64,000 nt of DNA from Octopus sinensis (taxonomy: Eukaryota). A program made the translations under genes and the position numbers. Where the stretch lies: contig NC_043004.1 of the NCBI RefSeq assembly GCF_006345805.1, positions 37,696,001 to 37,760,000 on the forward strand, written 5' to 3'. Below, piece after piece: positions 49,314 through 62,233 of the stretch. The notes below the pieces were generated by a model that ran no database searches, was not told the DNA's origin, and was given only the letters and a program-made list of their open reading frames with translations. The first letter of the stretch is position 1, and every line of letters starts with the position of its first letter.

Positions 49314-49829
49314 ATATATATATATCTGGCAGCTCATAAAATAATAAAAAGTAAGAGGCAACCTAAATCCCTAAAAAACCTCCTCATCAACGCAAAATTA
49401 CACAACACAATCCCACCGCCCACCGTCAAAAAATGTGGTCGCCCCAACTGCAGGACTTGCATCCACCTCATTGAGGGATCGACGTACAAGTTCCGGTCGG
49501 GACACACATTCATCATAAAAAATAATTTCACATGTGCATCAAAAAATTTACTCTACGTCATAAGGTGTGAAGGGTGCCACGAAGACTACATAGGGCAAAC
49601 GAGCCTTACCCTCAGAGAAAGAATGACAGTTCACCGCCAACAACTGAGGGACCCCTCCACAAGACAGATACCACTAAGTGGACACTTAGACCTTTGTGCA
49701 CACAATAAGTCCCCCAAATTCTTAGTCTTCCCACTATACCAATGCTCGGACAACACCACAGACCAAATACGAATAAATAGGGAAAGTAATCTTATTCAAA
49801 AATACAGACCACAACTAAACATACTCTAA
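49308..49829 (+). mobile_element. Penelope-like element 3' end: Zn-finger-like linker and GIY-YIG endonuclease
   Basis: Stop-free frame RQPKSLKNLLINAK...KCGRPNCRTC...TCASKNLLYVIRCEGCHEDYIGQT..TLRERMTVHR...RESNLIQKYRPQLN. Confidence 0.9.
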
Positions 49830-49959
49830 CATACCCATCAGGCACACATCCAAAACAAACACACAAAGACACATGCACACTCGCACCGTATCATGCAAGC
49901 AAACACATGCACGCATCAGCACACATGCAGCACACTAGCAGACATTGACCACACACATA

Positions 49960-50042
49960 CACAGCACGCACATGCATGCATTATATATATGTATGTTATG
50001 TATGTATGTGCGTGTTGTGTGTGTGTGTGTGTGTGTGTGTGC

Positions 50043-50096
<54 letters not shown>

Positions 50097-51310
50097 CATT
50101 ATATGTATGTGCATTGTGTATATGTATATTATATGTATGTATGTTGTATATGTATGTGTACATTATGTGTATATGTATGTGTATATATGCATTGTATATA
50201 TGTATATTGTATGTGTGTTGTATATACATGTATACATGTATATACATTATATGTATATATATGTATGCATTGTGTATGCGTATGTTATGTGTATATATGT
50301 TATATGTATGTGTATATGTATATATATACATTGTATGTATGTATATTGTGTGTGTATGTGGCATATTTATGTATGTGTATGTAAACATTATATATATGTA
50401 TATATTGTCTATATATATATATTATATGTATATATATATATATATTATATGTATGTATTGTGTATATATGTTATATGTATATATTGTGTATGTGTATTAT
50501 ATATATGCTGTGTATGTGTATTGTATGTATATATGTGTGTTGTGTATGTGTATATTGTGTGTGTGTATATTATATGTGTATGTGTGTTGTGTGTGTGTGT
50601 GTGGTGTGTGTGTGTGTGTGGTGTGTGTGTGTGTGTGATGTGTGTGTGTGTGTGGTATGTATATGTATGATGTGTGTATGTATGTATATATATGTAGTGT
50701 GTGTGTATGGCCCGCACACACGTGTAGACGCGTGTGTGCATGTATATACGCACACAGGGACGCATGCACCCACGCCGTGTGCACGCACACACACGGGCAC
50801 ATACTTAGTGCCAACACACGCAGGGCACATGTGCACGGATACACCCAACAGACATGGACACACATGCGAACAGACACATGCACACTAGCACACGTGCAGC
50901 ACACTAATAGACATTAACCACACACATACGCGCACACACGCACACACGGGCGGGCACACATATACACACACTATCCTACCCCAAAAAATTCTTTAAACAA
51001 CACACATCTATTTACACCACCCTGGAACCTATCAAAACAGCCCCCCCACACACACAGACACATGTATACATATATATGCACACACACTCACACAAATCTC
51101 ACCTCCATACAGACACACATATACACACGCAGCACCATGTCAAATGCCATCCACACACATACATGCATACACAAACACACAACACCAAGACAACCACACA
51201 TGCGGTTGACAAACAGATACCATCCTACCAAATCTTACAGACACACAGACACATCTATTCACACCACATATGTATGTATGCACACACACATACACACAAA
51301 GACACACACA
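49960..51310. repeat. Compound TA/TG/CA microsatellite region
   Basis: TG/TATG-rich ~49990-50710, then CA-rich ~50715-51310; similar tracts at 47235-47365, 47540-47800 and 48150-48410. Confidence 0.95.
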
Positions 51311-52176
51311 CTCACCTCATCCTGACCCCAAAATCATTGATGCTTGAAGGAGAGCCAAAAAAAGAAAAAAAGGGTACATTCTTTTCAGTTCCACATTTCT
51401 CTTAAAACGGACAGGTTAGTTTTAACTTCACCACTATTATAATGTAAATCTTTTTGAACTCATAATATTCTGTATGTGTATACTGAACTTTTTTTAATAA
51501 TTCCTCCTGGAAATTACCTTGAGATGTATAATATATTTGTTTTAATCTTTTCTGCCCATTATTTCAATGAGCTTGTTAAACTTTTTTATATTCTCAACAT
51601 ACTGTTGTCACCAAAGAATGTATAATTATATGGATTATAGTACTCTGTGTCAACCAATATTCTGTGCATGTTTGAATATACAGATACAATACCAATATCA
51701 ATTCTTTCTGGAAACTATCTTCAGTATGTCATTGAGAACGATTATTTATGTAATCTTTTGTACCCAATATTTTAAGGAACTTGTTGAACTTTTTTATGTC
51801 CTTAACATGTCCCTGTTACCAAAGACTGTATATATGTAATGTAGCAATTTGCAACAACCAATAATTAACGCAACCAAACTTCCACATGTTACTTTTGACA
51901 ATCTTTTTCCAAAGAGTGAAACCGGTAAAGTAAATAAACATCTTTTAAATTGCATTTTCAAACCTTCTTTTGTATATATATATATATATATACAACAACA
52001 ATTGATGAATGGCTATAATAGGCCGTTTGACCCACTAGAAATGGCAGCCAGGGCTCCAAACGGCCTATTATAGCCGTTCCTCAATTGTTGTTGAATTTAT
52101 TAATAGTCTCTGACTATTTCCTCTTTCTCACTAGACCGCTGGTGGCAAAATAATTTCTATTGAATTTTTTGCTACC

Positions 52177-52255
<79 letters not shown>

Positions 52256-52299
52256 CATATATATTATGCCATCTATTTCAATTACCTATTATACATTTT

Positions 52300-53165
52300 A
52301 TTACATTAATTAAGAAAATAATTATTTAATAAATAATTAAATTAAATCAAGAAAATATAAAGTACGCCACAATAATAATTTAATAAACTTGTATAATATT
52401 AATTTATAAATACCTTGCAAGAGACTCCTCCAGCCGTTTATGGCTGGCCAGATCATCCTGTGCAGGGTGTGGCAGGACATTGACGTCTTGCTGGGGTTCA
52501 GCATCTTCATCAGGCCAACAAAATTGGAGGACTCTACTACATGCAGCAGTAACATGTTGTCACCAATCCTTCTGTCCACCATAGACTGACAAATCCCAGT
52601 GCTAGCACTTTGAGTAAAAATGCTTCACCAATGCTGAGCTGGCCTGCTTTCTTTGCACATGGCTGCAATGACTGGTTACTGGCACTGCTACCAGAAGATT
52701 GCCCATGTTTCCCACAGGAAGAGCTGGCCTTCATCTTCTCAAATTGGATAGTATGTGCTGGGTTTTCAAGTTATAGAGGCTTGCTGCTTGTCCCTTGGTA
52801 GTGATCTCCTTGGGCTGGCATGTGACACACAGAAAGAACAAGATTTTAGCATTCCTCTTATCCCTTGACATAAAGACAAAGTAGTCCTCCAGGAGGGGGC
52901 CACAGGTTTTGAGACTCCTGGCTCTCAACCTGAGAAACCTCTGCCTGACCCACAGCCATCCTCAACAGGCCCCTCATCCTCAGGTTGAACAAAAATGTCT
53001 TCACCTCCCATAACGATAAACTGATAATGTACACTGCTGTCGCTGACACTGTAAGACTGTCTGTAATGTGAGAACATCGTAAGTGAACAGAACTAAAAAC
53101 TGCAGAATTACACAATGCAGCTCAACTAGATGCTGCATCAACTGATCATGTCTTGTCAAGTGCAC
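52300..53165 (-). mobile_element. Second hAT copy (BED region), TIR missing
   Basis: Reverse-complement homolog of 15600-16369. Confidence 0.85.
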
Positions 53166-54859
53166 ACTAGGGTGGAGCAAAAAAATGTACTTTTTACACA
53201 GATTTTCGAAATATGTTTTCAAGAATATATTTTTTATTGCAAAATCCTTTAAAAACAACTGTGTTAAAATCTGAAGTTCTTAAATTTATATCTTCATGCT
53301 CTGCAGCACAGTTGAAATTTTGAGTAATGAATGAAAAATCAATTTATAAAACATTTGCCATTCCTCATTTTATTTTTTACATTCATTGTTATGAATTGAT
53401 TTTCTTTTGCAAAATCCTTTAAAAACAAGCTTTAAAATTTATATCTTCAGGTTCCACAATGCATTTGGAATTTCGAAATTATGTGAAATAGACTTTTCAA
53501 CTTTGTTTTCTTTATTATTTTTAATACTAGGTCACTGACTATATGTGTTACATGAGGTCTAAATTACACACATTAAAATAAATTAAACGAATTGTCAAAA
53601 TTGTAGTAGAAAAGATAATTCTTCTTTGGCAAAAAGCATCCATCCTTTGTGTTACGAGTGAATCGGTTTAACCAAAAATCTTAAACTTTCCTTTGCTGAA
53701 GTATAAGGGTGACTGTGATCTGGCCAATTCTTTCTAATCAACCACTGAATGTTCTGTTTAGATACTGTTTGATCTATTCTGCCAATGATCATTTTCTGAT
53801 TTATCCATTATTCCTGTAGAAAATATTGTTCTCTCTGTGGTACCTTTTTGTCTCTGCTACAACTGCAGCTTTTTAAGGAGTCACAATTGCAACAGGAAAT
53901 GTCAAGTAAATCTTTTGTTGCATTGTTTTTAAACACATTACACTTTGTTTGAAACGATGACACATTTTTTTTCTATTTTTCACAGATTTTAGTAATGCTT
54001 GGTACTTTAGAAAAAAGTTCAAGATTTTTGGTTTAACTGACTCAATTGTATATACCTTTCTTTTAACCTAATTCACAACAAAATATTGATTCTTGGTTAC
54101 CAATTTCAAAAGTGTTTGATAGAAATGTGTTAAGAATGAATACACTCATAAAATTTCTTTTAATTTTTGCTGTTTTATGTATTTGTGTTAATTTCATGTT
54201 GATTTGGCAGACATCAACACACATCAGCAAATTATTTCTTAGCTGAACTGTATGAACAAAGATGACAATTCTTATTTAGATTCAGTGATGCTGTGTCAAC
54301 TTTGACTGAAGAGATACAACCAGATTGAGATACAGGTATCTCAAAGTACCCCTAGGTCACGGAATTGTGTGATGCCAACACATTATTTCAAATATGAAGT
54401 CCTCTGAAAGCAAAATACAACAGTAATTTGCATATTCACATTCAAACCTGCTAGAACATGTTATAGATGAATATACTCATGACTCAATCTTGTAATGTTT
54501 AATACAGGAATGAGATGGCATTACTTTAATGACTTATTCTGAGCATGTTAGTAAGTGCACAACACAACTCCAGACAAATGTGCCTGCATTATTGGGTCCA
54601 GCAAAACAAAACTACTTCTAGTAGAAGTTGTGTCATGATAATTAATAATTATATATAAGATAATGTACACAAGTAGTCATAAAATACACTTTTTTCAAAA
54701 TTTGCTAATTTCAGATACTATCAATCATTCTAATGATGATAATAACATAGTCTAAGTTTGCTGCAAAGGAAACCATTTGAACTCAAAATGCTGCTAAGGA
54801 CTTTGTCAGGTGTGCTAACGATCCTTTCAATTCTCAATTTTAATGATAATGATAATCTT

Positions 54860-55345
54860 TTCTACCATAAACATAAGGATTGAAATTTTTAGGGTTGGGG
54901 TTAGTCAACAGTAGTGCACAACCAGTACTTATCAACCCTGAAAGGATGAAAGGCAAAGTTGACCTCGGCAGATTTGAACTCTATGTAAAGACAGATGACA
55001 TGCACCTGAGTGGCATGCTAACTATTCTTCCAGCACGCCGCCTCAGTGATGTTGATAATAATAACAGACTTTCCTGCCGAAGACGATGTATGAGTGTTCA
55101 GCTTTTACAGAACAACCTACACAAATAGTTTGTTTATAGTGATAAAATGTATGTGCCATACATTAGCTCACACTCTTCATCAAATCAACATTATCTGAAC
55201 AGGTGCACAGTGTACCATGCATCAGGTGTCGAAGTGATTGCAGAGCAAAGTGAGATGAAATGTTTTTGTTCAAGAACACAATGCTCAATCCAGTCTAGGA
55301 ATTGAAATCACAACCTAGCAATTGTGAGTGTAACATCCTAACCAC
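54860..55345 (-). mobile_element. SINE B (54860-55035) and degenerate SINE (55150-55345)
   Basis: Shared family blocks as above. Confidence 0.7.
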
Positions 55346-55444
55346 TAAGCCATGCGCCCTCACATGAAATATAATAATAATAATAATGATGATAATGATG
55401 ATGATGATGATTTGTCATTAATAATTTACCTTTTCTTTTTTTAG

Positions 55445-55508
55445 TGCTGTCCTGGTTATGTTGCCACTGATATGACTCGTTACCTAGGAACCAGAACTAT
55501 TGAGGAAG
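55445..55508 (+). CDS. CBR1: Carbonyl reductase exon 7
   Basis: ttttag|TGC...GAAG|gtaaaa; CCPGYVATDMTRYLGTRTIEE. Confidence 0.93.
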
Positions 55509-55722
55509 GTAAAAATCTCCATCTAAGTCTTTGATCACCTAAAATTAAACATTTTAGATTTTCTAACACCACACCTCTGCTCTTCTCTGTCACACAAACC
55601 AAATATGAAAGCCTCCATAATTCAACACACACACATGTACTTGCTGTCAATACAAGTAAGCTTATACGTACATATACCACTATACACACAAGCCTCTCTA
55701 CATACACATTAACTGTCTACAT

Positions 55723-55922
55723 CAGTGCTTTTCAAACTTTTTGCTGAAGCGGAACCACAAGGAAACGTTCCACTGGCTCGAGGAACCCCTGTGCAAAAAT
55801 TTAATTGTCTTATGCACACATATCTGCACAGGAGAATTAAAAATAACTGTCGATTTTAGCATTTTTGTAACTTCTTGCGGAACCCCTGGCTGTACTGGCG
55901 GAACCCAGGTTGAAAACCACTG
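55723..55922. mobile_element. hAT (Charlie-type) MITE
   Basis: TIRs CAGTGCTTTTCAAAC / GGTTGAAAACCACTG; TSD GTCTACAT/ATCTACAT (one mismatch). Confidence 0.85.
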
Positions 55923-56473
55923 ATCTACATAAACACAAACTAAAACACACATATACATGAGCACATACAATGGTGATTGCATACAGCTTACCTAGACAAG
56001 AGTGCCCTGCACCAGACTTCATTTCTTCATATCTTATACACCACCAAATACGATGGTATTCATACATATATTCAATCAGACTCCAATGAGGCTGGTGTTT
56101 TTCTGTGCTAGCAAGACTTATATTATGTAGTAAAGTCAATGAAAAGAGTATAATGAACTTGCCGTGAGGAAAGGAATATCTAACGTTTCAGACACAGTTC
56201 TTCTTCAGAGGAAAAGCTGAAAGGAGAGAAATGAATGAAAGACAGCAGAGTTTTTTCCAATTGTATATTTAAAAGTCTGCCATCTCTCATTAATTTCTCT
56301 CTTTTCAACTTTTCCTCTGAAGAAGGACTGTCTGAGAAACGTTTGATTTTCCACTCTGCACAGCTAGTTGACTCTATATTTTTTTCTATCAATTCTGCTA
56401 CTACTACTACACACACACAAACGCACACTCACACATCATACATACTCACGTGCATGTGCACACACACACACAC

Positions 56474-56514
<41 letters not shown>

Positions 56515-56689
56515 GTATAAAATACAAATTGGGACAAGGACGCAAAACATCCGGACAACTAGGTGATACAAAAAGGGACAACAAAACATCCAGAAAGACG
56601 ATACAAAAAAACAAACAAGGACAGGTCATTTCAAGCTTTCTATCCTCAGTCAAGAACCGGATCATCCTCACAATTTTGGCTTCATCATC

Positions 56690-59567
56690 ATCATCATTGT
56701 CGTTTAACGTCCGCTTTCCATGCTAGCATGGGTTGGTCAGTCTGACTGAGAGCTGGCAAACCAGATGGCTGCACCAGGCTTCAATCTTGATCTGGCAGAG
56801 TTTCTACAGCTAGATGCCCTTCCTAAGGCCAACCACTCCGAGAATGTAGTGGGTGCTTTTACGTGCCACCGGCATGGGGCCAGTCAGGCGGTACTGGCAA
56901 CGACCTCGCTCGAATCTTTTACACATGCCACTGGCACAGGTGCCAGTAAGGCGATGCTGGTAACAATCACGTTCGAATGGTGTCTTTTACGTGCCACCGG
57001 CACGGAGACCAGATAGCCGCTCTGGCAACGATCACGCTCGGATGGTGCTCTTTAAGGTGACGCTGGTAACGATCACGCTTGAGTGGAGCCTTTTAAGTGC
57101 CACTGGCATGGAAGCTGGTTAGCCGCTCTGTCAATGGTCACACTCGTATGGTGCTCTTTGCACCCTGCTAGCATGAACGCCAGTCTTCGAATTTGATTTT
57201 GATTTTGATTTTTGATTTCACTTGCCTCAACAGGTCTTCGCAAGCTGAGTTTTAGTGTCCAAAGAAGAAAAGGTACGCATAAGTGGGCTGGTAATGCCCC
57301 TGGCATAGGCCACGAGATTATGGTCTCATTTGACTTGCCAGGTCTTCTCAAGCACAGCATATTTCCAAAGGTCTCGATCACTAGTCATTTCCTCAGTGAG
57401 GCCCAAAGTTCGAAGGTTGTGTTTCACCAATTCATCCCAAGTCTTCCTGGGTCTACCTCTTCCACAAGTTCCCTGAACCGCTAGGGTGTGGCACTTTTTC
57501 ACACTGCTGTCCTCATCCATTCTCACCACATGACCATACCAGCACAGTCGTCTCTCTTGCACACCACATCTGATGCTTTGTAGGTCCAACCTTTCTCTCA
57601 AGATATTTACACTCTGTCGAGTATGCACACTGACATTACACATCCATCGGATCATACTGGCTTCATTCCTTGTGAGCTTACGCATGTCCTCAGCTGTCAC
57701 AGTCCATGTTTCACTGCCATGTAGCATGGCTCTTCGTACACATGTGTCATACAGTCTACCTTTTACTCTAAGTGAGAGGCCCTTTGTCACCAGCAGAGGT
57801 AAGAGCTCTCTGAACTTTGCCCAAGCTATTCTTATTCTAGCAGCTACACTTTCAGTGCACCCTTCCCTGCTACTAACTTGGTCACCTAGGAAACAGAAGC
57901 TATCAACTACTTCTAGTTTTCCTCCTTGGAATGTGGCAGAAGTTGTTCTCTGTGCATTTTCAATGTTTATTGCTCCCGAGCATCTGCCACATACAAAACT
58001 AACTTCGCCGTTAGCCTCTCTTTGATATTACTGCACCTCTTATGTGTCCAAACCTTACACTGGGTACATCTTATAGAGTTTCTACCTACGCCTTTACTAC
58101 AGATCGAGCAGGGCCATCTACCTGAAGGGATTTGTGGTTTGCCTGCCTTCCTACTTATTAGGACTTTGGTTTTAGCTGGGTTGACTCTAAGGCCTTTGAT
58201 TCTAATCCTTGTTTCCACACCTGAAACTTCTCCTCTAGTTCTAATAGTGACTCAGCAATTAGAACAAGGTCATCAGAATAGAGGAGCTCCCAAGGGCATC
58301 CTGTCTTGAATTCCTCCGTTATTGCCTGGAGGACTATGATAAATAGGAGGGGGCTGAGAACTGACCCTTGGTGGACCCCTACCTCTACCCTAAATTCTTC
58401 AGTGTACTCGTTGCCAACCTTCACCTTACCTACAGTGTCTCTGTACATGGCTTGCACCACTCTCACTAACCATTCATCTATCCCTAGTTTCCTCATTGAC
58501 TACCAGATAAGGGATCGGGGGACCCTGTCAAAGGCTTTCTCCATGTCAACAAAAGCCAGGTACAGGGGATTATCTTTGGCTATGTACTTCTCCTGCAGCT
58601 GTCTTACCAGAAATATGGCATCAGTGGTGCTTTTCTCTGGCATGAAACCAAATTGCATCTCATCCAAGCTGACTCTCTCCCTAATCAGTTGGGTTATGAC
58701 CCTCTCCGTAACCATCATTACCTGATCCAACAGCTTCGTACCTCTGTAATTATTTGTATCTAAAGCATCACCTTTACCTTTGTAGCAGTTGACTATTATG
58801 CTGCTACACCAGTCATTAGGTATGACTCCTTCGTGTATCACCTGGTTAACTATATGGGTGACTAGGCTATAACCGACACTGCCAGATATTTTGAGCATCT
58901 CTGCAGTAATTCCTGATGGGCCTGGGGCTTTCCCTGATTTCATACTTCTAATTGCCTTATCTACCAAGGTACTGTCAACTTGGATAGCTGGTCCCTCTGT
59001 TGGGTCGACATTCGGCAGACTCTCTTTCTCCCATTCTTTATTCAGCAACCTTTCATAGTGGCATTGCCAGACCTCTCTCTTTGCATCCTCATTTAGCGCA
59101 AGTGAACCATCATCCATGCGAACACATTTCTCTCCTACCACATCATGATTCTCTCTCACACACTGTCTTGCAACCGAAATACCTCCAGTCTTTTGTCCTT
59201 GCGGTGCGGAACATTGGCAAATTTATTTTTATCCGCTTCCCCTCTGGCTAAATAAACCTGCCTCCTAGCTTCCCTTCTGGCGGTCTGATACACTTCCCTG
59301 CTACCACCGTTCTTCCAGTCCTTCCAAGCATGTTTCTTTTGTCTAATAGCCCTGTCAACAACATTGTTCCACCACCACATTATTTTGGGTCGAGAGGGGA
59401 CTTTGCACCATCCACAGATCTGGTTGGTGGCCCTTAGCAGGTTGTCCCGTAGGAACCTCCAGTTGTCTTCTATACCATGGGAAGCTATATCCCCTTCTAT
59501 TTCGTCAAAGGCTTCGAGTAATATGTCTCTAAATCTCTGTCCATTTGCGGGATCTTTAAGTCTCCAG
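56690..59567 (-). mobile_element. RTE LINE, ~2.9 kb, frameshifted RT plus tandem-subunit 3' tail
   Basis: KAPGPSGITAE, NNYRGTKLL, QFGFMP, KAFDRVP, VHQGSVLSP, LYSDD, RGRPRKTW; (CAT)n end at 56680-56697. Confidence 0.95.
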
Positions 59568-59779
59568 ATGTATGTATGTATGGATGGATGTATGGATGGA
59601 TAGATGGATGGATGGTGACCTAAAGCTAAAGCAGAATACATTTGCACAGACTGCTATATACTGGAATTGAACTCACAAAGCTGATATCTTAATCACATAC
59701 TTATTACCTGTGTTATTTTATCTTTTTCTGTGTGTTATTGTGTCATTATTTTTATCTTTTTTTCGCATCTTTCTGTTAG

Positions 59780-59877
59780 GCGCCGACACACCAGTCTATC
59801 TTGCTTTACTGCCTCCAAATGTTAAAGAGCCTCGTGGTCAGTTTGTAGTGGATCGTCAAATCCGTGAATGGAAATAA
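59780..59877 (+). CDS. CBR1: Carbonyl reductase exon 8 (terminal)
   Basis: tgttag|GC; GADTPVYLALLPPNVKEPRGQFVVDRQIREWK*. The eight exons sum to 834 nt (277 aa plus stop). AATAAA at ~59873, 59896 and 59965-59985. Confidence 0.95.
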
Positions 59878-60069
59878 ACACGACATACATAAATGAATAA
59901 AGATATTTTGTTCTGTTGAAACTAAAGAAAAACAATTATCTTTAAATGAGAAAACTGCTGTAACTAAATAAATAATTTCAATAAAATTGAATCTATATTT
60001 GAGGATTGATTCTTTTTTTTTTTTTGCATTTCGAACTAATACCAGATATGGGAATTCAACTCTTCATCC

Positions 60070-60296
60070 TTAACCCTTTTGTTACCAACCCGGCTGAAAG
60101 TGGCTCTGGCTCTGTAGTACAAATGTCTTGTTTTCATAAGTTTTGAATTAAAATCTTCCACCAAACCTTAGTCATAATTAATGTTCCTAACACTAGCTTA
60201 ATGATAACGAAGTTATTTTACTAAATTCTTTGTTATATCTGAAATAATTGTGAGAAACAGAGCATCTCAAAATAAATACAGTAACAAAAGGGTTAA
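60070..60296. mobile_element. piggyBac-type MITE
   Basis: TTAA|CCCTTTTGTTAC ... GTAACAAAAGGG|TTAA (12-bp TIR, TTAA TSD); a solo right end also occurs at ~4080-4100. Confidence 0.85.
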
Positions 60297-60299
60297 ATG

Positions 60300-60520
60300 A
60301 TGTCTTTAGATTTCTTTGATCTAAGAATAAGAATAAGAGATTTCATAGGATTTTCAACATTGTTTGGAATATATACTTTTAGCTCAGTTAACAATAAATT
60401 CCACACTATTAATATAGGAATTTATAGAGATGATGGTCAGTTACTTTCTAAAAATGTAAGTGGACAGCTAGCAAATAAGTTCAATAATTAACTAACTAAA
60501 TTTTTCCAAAATTTAAACCT
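60300..60520 (+). mobile_element. Penelope-like RT fragment
   Basis: LFGIYTFSSV...NIGIYRDDGQLL...SGQ resembles the GLYRDDGL motif of Naiad-type PLE RTs. Confidence 0.55.
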
Positions 60521-61799
60521 TTTCTCAACATAGTCAAATCAAGCAAATTTATGAAAAAACTCCTGTAAATTCTATGATTTATTATAAACTCTATAGAGTT
60601 TCAAATTCATTGAGAGTCATGAAATGTATAATCCCTTTTGAAATTTTGTTCTTTCTGGTTCAAGGAATGGCGTAGGGTCCACATAGACAATAATAAAGGT
60701 GAAGACTACATACAAAACTTCTTTGAAAATTACATTCTTTGTTATACAGCTGTCATCTCTTCTCTGAAAGATGTTAACAGTTTTTTTTTTATTACTATAC
60801 CATACAATGTACAAACTTAACAGTGGAATGAAATCAAAAACATAATCTATCAACAATATTATTTAAGTACTGTACAACTACATTGGTAAAATTGTCATAG
60901 ATCATAATATTCTATACTATATTCTCATTTTGATAACTCAGAAAGGTACAATGCAGTATGCACAGTACTTTGTGTACTGGAGGCTATGGGTTCAAGTTTG
61001 GCCATATGTACCTTTCTTAATTATATCTAACAAATGCAAACATGAAACACACTCACACATACACACACACAAAGAAAGAGAGAGGCAGACTACAAACCCT
61101 GATTCCATAATAAAATTGACCAAAACAAAATTCCAAACATGCTAACAAAAGCCACTCAGCTATGACTCATCCTTAAACAAACATACTGAACCAAATGTTC
61201 AATGCACAAAACACAAATCATGTTTTGAGCACAACATAACTGAAGCACTTATGGTTCTTTGAAGAATTCAATATACAGAGTGTTGATATAAATTCCAAAT
61301 CCTCCATAACAACTAGATTTATATTTGATTCTCAAATCTATTAACACTGCACACAATTTAATTCATAACAATTCTTCCAAACATTGTAATACAGTTCTAA
61401 ATTCTAAATATTATCTAAGACCAATGTGGCATGTATACAGCTTATTTCTCTTGCTATCCCATCTAACATTTCAAATTTGGGGTCACTTATATAATGTAAC
61501 TTCTTATACTAATGGAAATAAGCCTAATTTCCTTTTGTGTCCCTGTTTGACTAATTTTACTCAATAAATAAATTAGAATAATAGTAAGCACTCAAAGACA
61601 GTGTTAGCATTTATAAAGAAATCAGTTATCATTATCTACATAAAAGTCCCTAGTTTACCCTATATATGCATATCAGATTTTGTAACTTTGCATGGCTGTC
61701 AAATGGAATGCACACCTTATTAAAATGTACTGGAAAAAAATCATATTGAAAAGCTTATTGTAGGTTCAAACACGTGACTGTATACCTTGCATTACTTTT

Positions 61800-61843
<44 letters not shown>

Positions 61844-61993
61844 TAAATTAAATAATGAGGGTATAAATGAGCACATCAAAATGAAGAAAATTGAAAGATA
61901 CCCACAAATATAAATTGCAGAACTTTACACATGTTCCCTTTTGGGTGAACATTCTGTGTTATGTTCTGTGAATTATGTTTTGTAAGCAACAGA

Positions 61994-62056
61994 CTACACT
62001 GATGAGTTGCAGTTATTTACATTCATAAATATTAGCAACAAAACCTAGGTACATAG
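61994..62056 (+). ncRNA. Fossil type-I hammerhead
   Basis: CUACA-CUGAUGA-GUUGC..UAUUUA(CAUUCA)UAAAUA..GCAAC-AAAA-CCUAGGU-A-CAUAG. Confidence 0.6.
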
Positions 62057-62233
62057 GTAATTGTTTTATTTTGTATATTTTCATAGGTCTTGCTCATTTT
62101 TACATTCTGGCATTTGGTGAAATTTTCTTGAGAACACACTCTTCATGGTAAGGCAATTGGACTTCTATTTTTAGTATATTAGGAATCCACTTTGGTGGTC
62201 ATTCCTCTTAATAATGTATGTATATATATATAT

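Noticed and set aside
49326-49333. Possible acceptor fusing CBR exon 6 to the GIY-YIG frame
   Set aside because: Phase 1 versus a phase-0 donor, and no pyrimidine tract.
47432-51405. Many 70-240 aa Y/I/C/V/H/T-rich ORFs (also 29525-29834 and 42739-43111)
   Set aside because: Translations of TA/TG/CA microsatellites, which lack stop codons.
52141-53186. TIR-like TTTTTTGCTACCCTA (52166) and TAGGGTGGAGCAAAAAAA (53169)
   Set aside because: They face outward, and the first pairs locally with 52141-52155, so they do not delimit one element.
56610-56655. Minus-strand CTGAGGA-tagaaagctt-GAAAT...GTC
   Set aside because: C15.2 is absent and stem I does not pair; too weak to count.
60617-60856. Minus-strand 79-aa ORF with a tttcag acceptor
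   Set aside because: No recognisable homology and no partner exons found; cannot be supported.
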